A DNA stretch of 51,817 nt, from the sequence record SRR20825010_5515, one strand, 5' to 3'. The notes beneath the pieces are model-generated. The model ran no database searches, was not told where the DNA came from, and was given only the letters and a program-made list of their open reading frames with translations. Below, piece after piece: positions 30,390-39,190 of the stretch (its first letter is position 1; each line of letters starts with the position of its first letter). The position numbers were made by a program, and so were the translations under genes.

Positions 30390-30914
30390 ATGACACAGTT
30401 TAATTTAATCGATATTGATAATCCCTACTTCACATCAGCCTGGAAATTATATGAAGAAGCCTTTCCAGTATATGAGAGAAGAACATTAAAGGCCCAATCC
30501 CATCTATTAAAGAACCCTGTTTACAAGTTTGATGTATTTATTGAAAAGAATGTGTTTATAGGGTTCATTATGTGGTGGGATTTCAAAGATTTTCAATACA
30601 TAGATCACTTTGCTGTAACAAAATCTCAAAGAAATAAAGGTAATGGAGCCAAAATATTGGAAGATTTTATAAAAGGGAATTCTAAGCCCACGTTATTAGA
30701 AGTTGAATTACCAGATAGCTCAATTAATACAAAAAGAATTAAGTTTTATGAGCGATTAGGGTTTAAATTAAACCAGCATGAATATAAAGTGCCATCAAGT
30801 ATTGATGATCGTAAAATTGATTTATTGGTTATGACGCATCCTAGAATGATATCCAAAGAAAATCTGAGTGAGTTCGTTTCCAATAACCACCCTGTTATTT
30901 TTAAGTCATTTTGA
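30390..30914 (+). CDS. GNAT-family N-acetyltransferase
   Basis: YEEAFP..ERR, HFAVTKSQRNKGNG acetyl-CoA motif, RIKFYERLGF. Confidence 0.88.
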   Translation: MTQFNLIDIDNPYFTSAWKLYEEAFPVYERRTLKAQSHLLKNPVYKFDVFIEKNVFIGFIMWWDFKDFQYIDHFAVTKSQRNKGNGAKILEDFIKGNSKPTLLEVELPDSSINTKRIKFYERLGFKLNQHEYKVPSSIDDRKIDLLVMTHPRMISKENLSEFVSNNHPVIFKSF

Positions 30915-30920
30915 TAATTC

Positions 30921-30977
30921 TAATTAGTTCTGGTTTTTAAAGTAGAACTTTTTAGTTCCGAAATCTACTTAATTTTA
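30921..30977 (+). promoter_or_regulatory. Putative AraC-TPR box plus -7-like element, copy 2
   Basis: TAATTAGTTC-N12-TAGAACT (30921-30949), then TAATTTTA at 30970; spacing identical to copy 1. Confidence 0.65.
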
Positions 30978-31003
30978 TCAAAAATCAGATCAACATACAA
31001 ATA

Positions 31004-31162
31004 ATGGAAACTAAAAAAAGTAAAAAAGGTGTAAAACTGGGAATAGGAATTATTCTAGGTATGATAGTAGGATATTTAACCTCAAATATGCAGTTATGGT
31101 TTGTTTTAGGTATTGCCATAGGAGCGGCTTTAGAGTATGGTTCCTCAAAAAAATCATCCTAA
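31004..31162 (+). CDS. 52-aa glycine-zipper membrane microprotein (absent from the ORF track)
   Basis: METKKSKKGVKLGIGIILGMIVGYLTSNMQLWFVLGIAIGAALEYGSSKKSS*; two Gly-rich TM helices; promoter-like site upstream. Confidence 0.75.
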   Translation: METKKSKKGVKLGIGIILGMIVGYLTSNMQLWFVLGIAIGAALEYGSSKKSS

Positions 31163-31375
31163 ATCTACATTCTAGAAAGTTCAATAGTAATGTAAGTGAA
31201 GAATCCATCCAGTTTTACAATGTATAAAGGAGATTTATTTGTTGTTACTAAAGGAGTAAATCATATAGTGTCCTAAGATAAGGAATGAGTAATCTTATTA
31301 ATTGAAAGTAAAACAACACTACATACTGGAAATGTAATCAATGAGATTACGAAATCAATCAATCAATCAATCAAT
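31163..31375 (+). pseudogene. Cupin-domain gene remnant
   Basis: IYILESSIVM*VKNPSSFTMYKGDLFVVTKGVNHIVS*DKE*VILLIESKTTLHTGNV; cupin motif-2-like segment with three stops. Confidence 0.65.
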
Positions 31376-31384
31376 AATCAATCA
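31353..31384. repeat. (AATC)n simple sequence repeat
   Basis: (AATC)5 AAT (AATC)2 just upstream of the ATG at 31400. Confidence 0.8.
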
Positions 31385-31399
31385 AAAAACGAACAGTCT

Positions 31400-32257
31400 A
31401 TGTTTTTCAAATCAAAAGAAGGAAAAGAAAAAATCATAACCCTTTACAATCAAAAATTAAATGAGCTGAATATTGAATTTTCAGAAAAACCTGTAGAAAC
31501 AAAGTTAGGAGTCACCAATGTTATTTCTACTGGCGATACTAAAAACCCTCCTTTAGTACTGATTCACGGAACAGGTGGTTGTGCACCTCAAATTTTAGAT
31601 TCCTTCCCAAACCTAGTATCAAAATATTGTGTCTATGCAGTAGATGTGCTAGCACAACCCAATAAAAGTGCAGAGAATAGACTAGATATGAAATCCTTGG
31701 ATTATGGTAAATGGCTTATTGAAGTTATTATAAAACTAAGATTAAAAAATGTAACCCTAGTTGGTTTTTCCTTTGGGGGTTTAATTGGTTTAAAAGCTCT
31801 AGAATTTAATGAGACGCCTGTAAAACAGGTATTCTTAGTCTCCCCAGTGTATATCGTTAATGGTAACCCAATACTTAACGTATGGAAAATGTTTATACCA
31901 TTAAAAAAGTTTATAAAAACAAATAATCAAGAATACATTAAAAAAGTAATGGAAGTACTTTTTTCTGATTACGATGATTTTGCATTGGCCTACATGTCAA
32001 CTACATTTCAATACTGCAACATGGATTTTTCACCTCTTCCGGTAATTTCTAAAAACAGGGCCCAAAACATAAAAACACCCATCACCATTTTCGCTGCCGA
32101 AAAAGACATCATGTTTCCAGGTAAAAAAATGATAAAACGGGCAAAGCAAATATTTCCTTCTTCAAAAGAACTTCTTTTGTTAGAAGGGGCTAAACATGTA
32201 CCAAAAGCAACAGATTTTAAAAAAATAGAAGAATTAATACTAGATAAAAGTGAATAG
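31400..32257 (+). CDS. Alpha/beta hydrolase (Ser nucleophile)
   Basis: LIHGTGG, GFSFGG nucleophile elbow, AEKD, GAKH. Confidence 0.88.
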   Translation: MFFKSKEGKEKIITLYNQKLNELNIEFSEKPVETKLGVTNVISTGDTKNPPLVLIHGTGGCAPQILDSFPNLVSKYCVYAVDVLAQPNKSAENRLDMKSLDYGKWLIEVIIKLRLKNVTLVGFSFGGLIGLKALEFNETPVKQVFLVSPVYIVNGNPILNVWKMFIPLKKFIKTNNQEYIKKVMEVLFSDYDDFALAYMSTTFQYCNMDFSPLPVISKNRAQNIKTPITIFAAEKDIMFPGKKMIKRAKQIFPSSKELLLLEGAKHVPKATDFKKIEELILDKSE

Positions 32258-32261
32258 TAAA

Positions 32262-33224
32262 ATGAAAACTATAAAAGAAACAATAAGTTTTCCTGAGCCA
32301 ACTATAATCCCAATAAATGGAATTGAGCTAGAAGTTTTTGAAGCGGGTAATGAAAATATAGGAAATCCAATTGTATTGTGTCACGGTTTTCCTGAACATG
32401 CGTTTTCGTGGCGTTATCAAATTCCAGCATTAGTAGAGGCGGGTTACCATGTGATTGTTCCAAATCAAAGAGGTTATGGCAACTCTTCTCTTCCAACTGA
32501 AGTTACTGAATATGATATAATTAATTTAACAGATGATCTAGTGGCCTTACTAGAATATTATAATTATACAAAAGCAACATTCATTGGTCATGATTGGGGA
32601 GCAAATGTGGTTTGGCATCTAGCGTTATTGCACCCGGAACGTTTACATAAAGTGATAAATCTTGCCTTGCCTTATCAAGAGCGAGGAGAAAGACCATGGC
32701 TAGAGGTTATGGAAGCCATTTTTGGTGAAGATTTCTATTTTGTCCATTTTAACAAACAACCAGCTGTGGCAGATACCGTATTAGAGCAAAATACAGAGAA
32801 CTTTCTGCGAAATTTATTTCGTAAGAACGTACCTCTTGCTCCACCAGAGCCAGGAATGTTAATGATGAATCTTGCCAAAGCAAAAAAACCGCTTGGAGAG
32901 CCTATAATGAGCGACGCTGAAATAAAAGTATTTATAACATCTTTTAAATCATCTGGATTTTCTGGAGCAATTAATTGGTATAGAAACTTAGACAGAAATT
33001 GGCACATTATGGCCAATGTAAAACCAAGAATTGAACATCCTACTCTCATGATTTATGGGGAAAAAGATGTCATTCCAAAATCTCAAAATTTAAGGGATTT
33101 TGCACCAAATTTAGATGTAGTGAGTTTAAATTGTGGCCATCATATTCAACAAGAAACATTTGAGGAAACTAATGAGGCTATCTTAACATGGTTGGCAAAT
33201 CAAAGAAATAATAAGGTTTTGTAG
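32262..33224 (+). CDS. Epoxide hydrolase-like alpha/beta hydrolase
   Basis: HGFPE, NQRGYG, GHDWGA (Asp nucleophile), NWYRN, CGHH; likely start at the ATG at 32262. Confidence 0.88.
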   Translation: MKTIKETISFPEPTIIPINGIELEVFEAGNENIGNPIVLCHGFPEHAFSWRYQIPALVEAGYHVIVPNQRGYGNSSLPTEVTEYDIINLTDDLVALLEYYNYTKATFIGHDWGANVVWHLALLHPERLHKVINLALPYQERGERPWLEVMEAIFGEDFYFVHFNKQPAVADTVLEQNTENFLRNLFRKNVPLAPPEPGMLMMNLAKAKKPLGEPIMSDAEIKVFITSFKSSGFSGAINWYRNLDRNWHIMANVKPRIEHPTLMIYGEKDVIPKSQNLRDFAPNLDVVSLNCGHHIQQETFEETNEAILTWLANQRNNKVL

Positions 33225-33656
33225 CCATTCCCTACTTAGAAAAGGCTTCCATATTAAAAATCAAGGTAACGGGCAATAAGAATCGGTCTGGAAAAGAAAA
33301 ACGGTACGGAAAGATCAAAAACGAAACCGAGCAGACCTAGGAAAATGATTATTCATTGCTTGTAGGAACTTAAAAAGGGCTTCTATATGCATCCGGAAAA
33401 CTCCATTTAACCATAGAAAGTCCTTAGTAAGGGAAAACAGAACCCGGTACAATCAACACGGTCTTCATGTTTGGATCCTATTTATTCGCGTGACAGGCGG
33501 TTGCAGCCACAGGAAGACTTAGTTATTGGCACATGTTTTTATTTTCCCGTCACATATTGAGGTTAAGCAAAATCACCAACCTTTAATGAGGCGCAATTAA
33601 ATAGAAGTTTGAGCTTCCACCGTCATCATATGAGGAATATACTCCTGGCTGAATTG

Positions 33657-33730
33657 CTATTTTCCGACACAGAAAGTGACCAACCTATATTTTAAAGGGG
33701 TTCCCAAGCTTTGAGGTGCACATGAGGTAC
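33657..33730 (-). mobile_element. att-junction copy C: duplicated mnmE 3' end plus arm
   Basis: 33657-33674 reverse complement TTCTGTGTCGGAAAATAG = FCVGK*, next to TTGAGGTGCACATGAGGTAC (33711-33730). Confidence 0.75.
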
Positions 33731-33834
33731 AAAACTACATTTTTGGATATTGAACAATAAAGACATCTTAGTCGTGGTCAGTCTTTTAACTAAAAAAGAA
33801 GATTTAATTGATATAAATCATAGATTATGCCTTT

Positions 33835-33907
33835 TGAGCCGATTAAATATCTTAATCGGCTCATATTTTTACTATATTTGAGCCGATAATAACTTTTAAT
33901 AGGCTCA
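33835..33907. promoter_or_regulatory. Twin 29-bp palindromic operators flanking the fic -7 element
   Basis: TGAGCCGATTAA-atatc-TTAATCGGCTCA (33835-33863) and TGAGCCGATAAT-aactt-TTAATAGGCTCA (33879-33907); TATATTTG at 33873-33880. Confidence 0.8.
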
Positions 33908-35016
33908 TGCAATACAATTGGCAACATAAAAACTGGCCTAATTTCAACTATGATGCATCAAAAATTGATGAACTCGTTTTGGAGTTTGCTTTGGAAACTG
34001 GTGAAGTAAAAGGGTTGATAGATGGCTTAACCAAAGAAGAACAACAAGAGGCCATTATTCAATTTATGATAAATGAGGCCATAAAGACCTCGGAAATAGA
34101 AGGGGAGTATCATAGCCGCGAGGATGTGATGTCGTCCATCCAAAACCGTTTGGGGATTCATGCTATATCATCTAACATCAGAGATATTAAAGCCAAAGGT
34201 ATTGCAGAACTGATGGTTGAAGTTCGTGAAAATTATTCAACGGAGCTATCAGAAAACCTAATTATAAACTGGCACCAGATTTTATTTTCAAACTCTCGCA
34301 CTATAAAGGTTGGCACCTATAGAACAGGAACGGAACCTATGGTTATTATTTCTGGTAGTATTGGTAGAGAGGTTGTTCATTACAAAGCACCACCATCAGA
34401 ACTACTAAAAAAAGAAATGATTCAGTTTGTCAATTGGTACAACGCTTATAGTGTAGACTCCAATAACATTAAAGAGAGTTTAATCAAAACAGCTATTGCA
34501 CATTTGTACTTTGAGTCGATACACCCGTTTGAAGATGGTAATGGACGTATAGGTCGTGCAATAGCTGAAAAATGTCTCTCGGAATCATTAGGGCGACCGT
34601 TGATTTTGAGTATCTCCACCTCCATAGAGAAAGGTAAAATGGCCTATTATGATGCTCTTAAGCAGGCCCAAAGGACATTGGATATTACTGAGTGGATCTG
34701 TTATTTTTCTCAAACTATTTTGAATGCTCAAAAACAGGCCAAGACCATTATAAGGTTCACGCTGGAAAAGGCCAAGTTCCTAGATAAATATAAATCGAAG
34801 TTAAACGATCGTCAACTAAAGGTAATTATGAAAATGCTTGCCTTTGGCATCGAAGGATTTAAAGGGGGAATGACGGCTAAGAAATATATATCCATAGCCA
34901 ATACATCCAAGGCAACTGCTACCCGAGATTTGCAGGATTTGGTTGAAAAACAATGTTTACTCCCAATGGGTGCGGGACGTGGAATGCATTATGAGCTAAA
35001 TTTAGAAATATTTTAA
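33907..35016 (+). CDS. Fic-family protein with a DUF4172-type N-terminus and a C-terminal wHTH
   Basis: HPFEDGNGRIGR catalytic motif; TSEIEG inhibitory motif; SKATATRDLQDL HTH. Confidence 0.93.
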   Translation: MQYNWQHKNWPNFNYDASKIDELVLEFALETGEVKGLIDGLTKEEQQEAIIQFMINEAIKTSEIEGEYHSREDVMSSIQNRLGIHAISSNIRDIKAKGIAELMVEVRENYSTELSENLIINWHQILFSNSRTIKVGTYRTGTEPMVIISGSIGREVVHYKAPPSELLKKEMIQFVNWYNAYSVDSNNIKESLIKTAIAHLYFESIHPFEDGNGRIGRAIAEKCLSESLGRPLILSISTSIEKGKMAYYDALKQAQRTLDITEWICYFSQTILNAQKQAKTIIRFTLEKAKFLDKYKSKLNDRQLKVIMKMLAFGIEGFKGGMTAKKYISIANTSKATATRDLQDLVEKQCLLPMGAGRGMHYELNLEIF

Positions 35017-35179
35017 ACAGCCAAGGCTGCATTAACACTTTGAAAAAGATTCCTCCCCACCCCCCCCAAAAAAAATCTTACTCAATAACTTTGAGCATGG
35101 ATCCTAATTCGATTTTATAGTGTTCGCACGGATTGGCCTAATAGTAGGTTGTAGAAGCGTGGCGTTAAACGGACTTAGT

Positions 35180-36577
35180 TTATTTCCCAATACAAAAGTT
35201 AGCAAATATATTCCCCAGAAGCTCATCGTTGGTCACTTGCCCTGTGATTTCTCCTAGGTGGTATAGGGCTTCTTTTACATCAATAGCCAACAGGTCGCTA
35301 GGAGTGTCTTCCTCCATACCAAATTGTACCTTTTCTATTTCTTCCAAGGCCTTTAGAAGGGAACTATAATGTCTGGTATTGGTAACAATGGTTTCGCTAT
35401 TGCGCAACGCTCCCGTATTTACAAAATCCAATAAGCGCGACTTCAGTGTTTCGACCCCTTTTCCGGTTTTGGCGGATAGCAAGTGCAGTCCCGAAATGTG
35501 GGATTGTAGATTCTCAATTTGTTCCTTATCCAATCTATCCACCTTATTGGCAATCACCAACAAGGGTTTTTGGGGATATTTAGTTTTTATTTTGTCCAGT
35601 TCCTTTATACTTGTTTTCAACTTATCGGCATGGGTGGCCATTTCCCAGGCATCTACCAATAGCACCACCACCTGGGCCTGTTCTATTTTTTCAAAAGTCT
35701 TCTTAATACCGATACTTTCCACTACATCCTTGGTATCCCTAATTCCAGCAGTATCTATAAAGCGAAATCCTATGCCTCCTATTACAATTTCATCCTCAAT
35801 GGTATCCCTAGTGGTTCCTGCTATATCGCTTACAATGGCCCGCTCCTCATTCAAAAGGGCATTGAGCAGGGTAGATTTGCCTACGTTGGGTTCCCCTACA
35901 ATGGCTATGGGAATTCCGTTTTTGATCACATTGCCCACAGCAAAGGAATCGATCAAGCGTTTAAGAATGCGTTGTATTTTGGTCAAAAGTTTTTTAAACT
36001 GTGTACGGTCCGCAAATTCTACATCCTCCTCTGCGAAGTCGAGCTCCAATTCCATTAAAGAGGCAAAGTTGAGCAGTTGGTCCCTCAATTTTTTTATCTC
36101 ATTGCTAAATCCGCCACGCATTTGTTGCATCGCTATTTGGTGACTGGCCTCGTTATCCGAGGCGATAAGGTCCGCCACGGCCTCGGCCTGACTCAAGTCC
36201 ATTTTACCGTTTAAAAAAGCGCGTAGTGTAAATTCCCCTGCATTTGCCATTCGGCAACCGTTACGCAAAAACAACTGAATTATTTGTTGTTGGATATAGG
36301 GGGAACCGTGACATGATATCTCAACAACATCCTCACCGGTATAGGAATGGGGACCTTTAAAAAGGGATACCAGAACTTCATCCAACACTTTGTCGTTTTC
36401 GGTAATATGTCCCAAGTGAATGGTATGGCTCTTTTGTTTTTGTAAATCCTTGCCCCTGATCGATGTAAAAAAAGGATTGGCCAAGGCAATGGCATCCTTA
36501 CCGGAAATACGGATTACGGCTATTGCACCGGCCCCTGAGGGTGTGGCCAAGGCAATGATGTTGTCGTTGGTAATCAT
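35180..36577 (-). CDS. mnmE: tRNA modification GTPase MnmE
   Basis: GEPNVGKS, GTTRD, DTAG, NKVD, terminal FCIGK; start at the ATG at 36577. Confidence 0.98.
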   Translation of the reverse strand: MITNDNIIALATPSGAGAIAVIRISGKDAIALANPFFTSIRGKDLQKQKSHTIHLGHITENDKVLDEVLVSLFKGPHSYTGEDVVEISCHGSPYIQQQIIQLFLRNGCRMANAGEFTLRAFLNGKMDLSQAEAVADLIASDNEASHQIAMQQMRGGFSNEIKKLRDQLLNFASLMELELDFAEEDVEFADRTQFKKLLTKIQRILKRLIDSFAVGNVIKNGIPIAIVGEPNVGKSTLLNALLNEERAIVSDIAGTTRDTIEDEIVIGGIGFRFIDTAGIRDTKDVVESIGIKKTFEKIEQAQVVVLLVDAWEMATHADKLKTSIKELDKIKTKYPQKPLLVIANKVDRLDKEQIENLQSHISGLHLLSAKTGKGVETLKSRLLDFVNTGALRNSETIVTNTRHYSSLLKALEEIEKVQFGMEEDTPSDLLAIDVKEALYHLGEITGQVTNDELLGNIFANFCIGK

Positions 36578-36891
36578 AGATTTGTAATTGACCGTAAAAA
36601 TACAATATAAAATTTTCAAACCAGTTCCACTTTTCGATGGACAAATGCAATTGTCCAAATATTTGAAATGAAGTAAGTTAACTTTGAATCCTTTGTGAAT
36701 GGTCAGTAACCGACTTTACAATAACACTCTAAAACTTCTATTTTGGGAATAGTAAAGTTTAGCACAATGATTTTGGTCATGATTATTGCAGCAAATATTG
36801 CGTAATTTTGATAGTGATCCAGTACAGTATAAAAGAGCCAATAGGGCTTTATAATTTAGGTGTATCGGGACATTCAATTTAAAATTACAAT

Positions 36892-37344
36892 ATGAAAATG
36901 ATCAGAATTATTACATTATTGGCAGTTGGTTTATTCTGCCAAATTACCTTGGCACAAGAAACTCCGGATCCTGTTACGCCCTTGGAAAATACGGAACAAT
37001 TGAAGGAGGAAAAAATTCGGCAGGAAGCGAAAGAAGCCAAAGAAGCAATGAAAAGGATAGAAAAGGCGGAAAGGGAGGCCAAGAAGGCTGAAAAAGCGCA
37101 GAAGAAGGCAGAGCAGGAACTGAAAAAACGTGAAAAACTTTCTTCCGATATAGATTCCAAGCGGAGGTCTATTGCCAAGGATGAAAAGAAAATTTCCAAG
37201 ATTCAGGAAAAAATGATCAAGGATGAGAAAAAGGGTAAACTGTCACCTTTGGCCATAGAGAAACTGAATCAGAAAATCGATAAACTGAAAAAGGGCATAG
37301 AAAAGGATAGGGAAAAATTGACAAAACTGGAAAGCAATCAATAA
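36892..37344 (+). CDS. Secreted Lys/Glu-rich coiled-coil protein
   Basis: Signal peptide ending TLAQ; EKA/KKA repeats; TAATTTTG -7 element at 36803-36810. Confidence 0.8.
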   Translation: MKMIRIITLLAVGLFCQITLAQETPDPVTPLENTEQLKEEKIRQEAKEAKEAMKRIEKAEREAKKAEKAQKKAEQELKKREKLSSDIDSKRRSIAKDEKKISKIQEKMIKDEKKGKLSPLAIEKLNQKIDKLKKGIEKDREKLTKLESNQ

Positions 37345-37474
37345 GCCCTGACAGTTATTCTGAGCTGTCCGTGTAACATATTCATGATTTGCTCGTCCTA
37401 TTCATATAACAACTTGGTAATGGTAGAAATTTCGGTTAGGGGTTTCTCTATATGAGAACTAAGAAATATAAATT

Positions 37475-37813
37475 ATGAAGGCAGAAAACAGACAATTATT
37501 GGTGTGGACCCATTTAAGTCAATTATTGGATATAGTAACCGGATTTGGGGGATTTATAGTTCCTTTGGTCCTATGGTTAACACAAAGGGATACCATTATG
37601 AACATGGATGAAAATGGAAAGTCGATCATTAACTTCCAGATTAGCATGTTCTTATATATACTAATTTGCATCCCGATGATCTTACTTCTCGGTATTGGAA
37701 TATTAGGGATTATTGCCATAGCAGTGCTCTGTTTCGTTTTTCCTATTATCAATGCCATTAAGGTTTCCACCGGTGAAAAACCTCATTATCCCCTGAGCAT
37801 AAAGTTTGTGTAG
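37475..37813 (+). CDS. DUF4870-family membrane protein
   Basis: HLSQL..PLVLW..GKSIINFQIS..YPLSIKF. Confidence 0.85.
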   Translation: MKAENRQLLVWTHLSQLLDIVTGFGGFIVPLVLWLTQRDTIMNMDENGKSIINFQISMFLYILICIPMILLLGIGILGIIAIAVLCFVFPIINAIKVSTGEKPHYPLSIKFV

Positions 37814-37833
37814 TTAGTAAACATCTTTAGGAC

Positions 37834-37870
37834 AAAAAAGCCGTATTTCAAATGAGATACGGCTTTTTTT
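37834..37870. terminator. Bidirectional intrinsic terminator
   Basis: AAAAAAGCCGTATTTCA-aa-TGAGATACGGCTTTTTTT between convergent genes. Confidence 0.85.
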
Positions 37871-37925
37871 ATAGTGAAAGAGTGGGGTGTATTTTAAATT
37901 CAACAATTGTGTTGAATCTATATTT

Positions 37926-39044
37926 CTAACTGTTCAACATTACGGGCATTACCAGCATGGTCACATTTTCGCCTTCGTCCAAACCGTCAATCGGAGTTAG
38001 TATACCGGCCCTATTGGGAAGGCTCATTTCCAATTGCACGTCATCCGAAGTAAGGTTGTTCAACATTTCCACCAGGAACCTTGAGTTGAACCCTATCTGC
38101 ATATCATCACCTTGGTAGGAACAGGTCAACCTTTCCTCCGCCTTATTGCTGTAATCTATATCCTCGGCAGAAATATTAAGTTCCGCACCTGCAATTTTTA
38201 ATCTTATTTGATGGGTGGTCTTATTGGAGAATATGGAAACCCTTCTAACAGAACTTAACAGTTGGTTTCTGGCTATGGATAGCTTGTTAGGATTTTCCTT
38301 AGGAATAACTGCTTCATAATTCGGGTATTTACCGTCAATCAATCTACAGATGAGGATGGTGTTTTCAAAACTGAATTTAGCGTTGCTTTCATTGTATTCG
38401 ATCAGTACTTCCGTTTCACTGCCCGATAAGATCCCCTTCAATAAATTAAGAGGTTTTTTGGGCATTATAAATTCGGCCACTTTGGAAGCAGTAACATCGG
38501 TTCGTTGGTATTTCACCAATTTATGGGCATCGGTAGCTACGAAGGTTAGACTTTCCGGGGAAAATTGAAAAAAGACACCGCTCATTACAGGTCTTAGATC
38601 ATCGTTTCCGGCAGCGAATATGGTTTTGTTGATAGCTGTTGCCAATATATCCCCAAGTACTGTGGTAGAGGATGGGTTTGATAATTCAACCGATTTCGGA
38701 AATTCCGCACCGTCAGCATATGCCAAGGCATATTTACCGTGGTTAGAACTGATTTCCACTGTATTGTTGTCCTCAACAACAAAAGTCAAGGGCTGTTCAG
38801 GAAAGGTTTTTAAGATTTCCAACAACAGTTTTGCTGGAACCGCAATGGTTCCCTCATTGTCCGAATCTACCTCCAATACAGAGCTCATTGTAGTTTCCAG
38901 ATCGGAAGCCGAAACAGTGAGTTCTTTTTGATTTAAATCGAAGAGAAAATTGTCTAGAATAGGTAAGGTATTGCTGTTATTGATAACCCCACCTAAAACT
39001 TGGAGTTGTTTTAGTAAATAAGTGCTAGATACTATAAATTTCAT
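37926..39044 (-). CDS. dnaN: DNA polymerase III beta sliding clamp
   Basis: MKFIVSS, SDLET, VATDAHKL, LIDGKYPNY, LVMPV. Confidence 0.97.
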   Translation of the reverse strand: MKFIVSSTYLLKQLQVLGGVINNSNTLPILDNFLFDLNQKELTVSASDLETTMSSVLEVDSDNEGTIAVPAKLLLEILKTFPEQPLTFVVEDNNTVEISSNHGKYALAYADGAEFPKSVELSNPSSTTVLGDILATAINKTIFAAGNDDLRPVMSGVFFQFSPESLTFVATDAHKLVKYQRTDVTASKVAEFIMPKKPLNLLKGILSGSETEVLIEYNESNAKFSFENTILICRLIDGKYPNYEAVIPKENPNKLSIARNQLLSSVRRVSIFSNKTTHQIRLKIAGAELNISAEDIDYSNKAEERLTCSYQGDDMQIGFNSRFLVEMLNNLTSDDVQLEMSLPNRAGILTPIDGLDEGENVTMLVMPVMLNS

Positions 39045-39143
39045 TAGTTTATTTTTTTTTAAGGAATCTACATTATTGTACAACCTAAAACAGTGTTCGA
39101 ATTTCTGTTTGAATCCGTAATATTCCTTGAATCACGGTCAAAA

Positions 39144-39151
39144 CAAAGATA
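39144..39151 (-). promoter_or_regulatory. -7 promoter element for dnaN
   Basis: TATCTTTG on the minus strand in the gldG-dnaN spacer. Confidence 0.6.
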
Positions 39152-39190
39152 TTTTAAATGTCCTTTTTAAGGAAACAAACTTATCAACAC

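Noticed and set aside
35052-35075. C-rich/A-rich homopolymer tract
   Set aside because: It lies between convergent genes with no promoter or ORF to phase-vary.
35379-36143. Long antisense ORFs (also 3900-4604, 16977-17582, 48986-49756)
   Set aside because: They are shadows on the opposite strand of well-supported genes.
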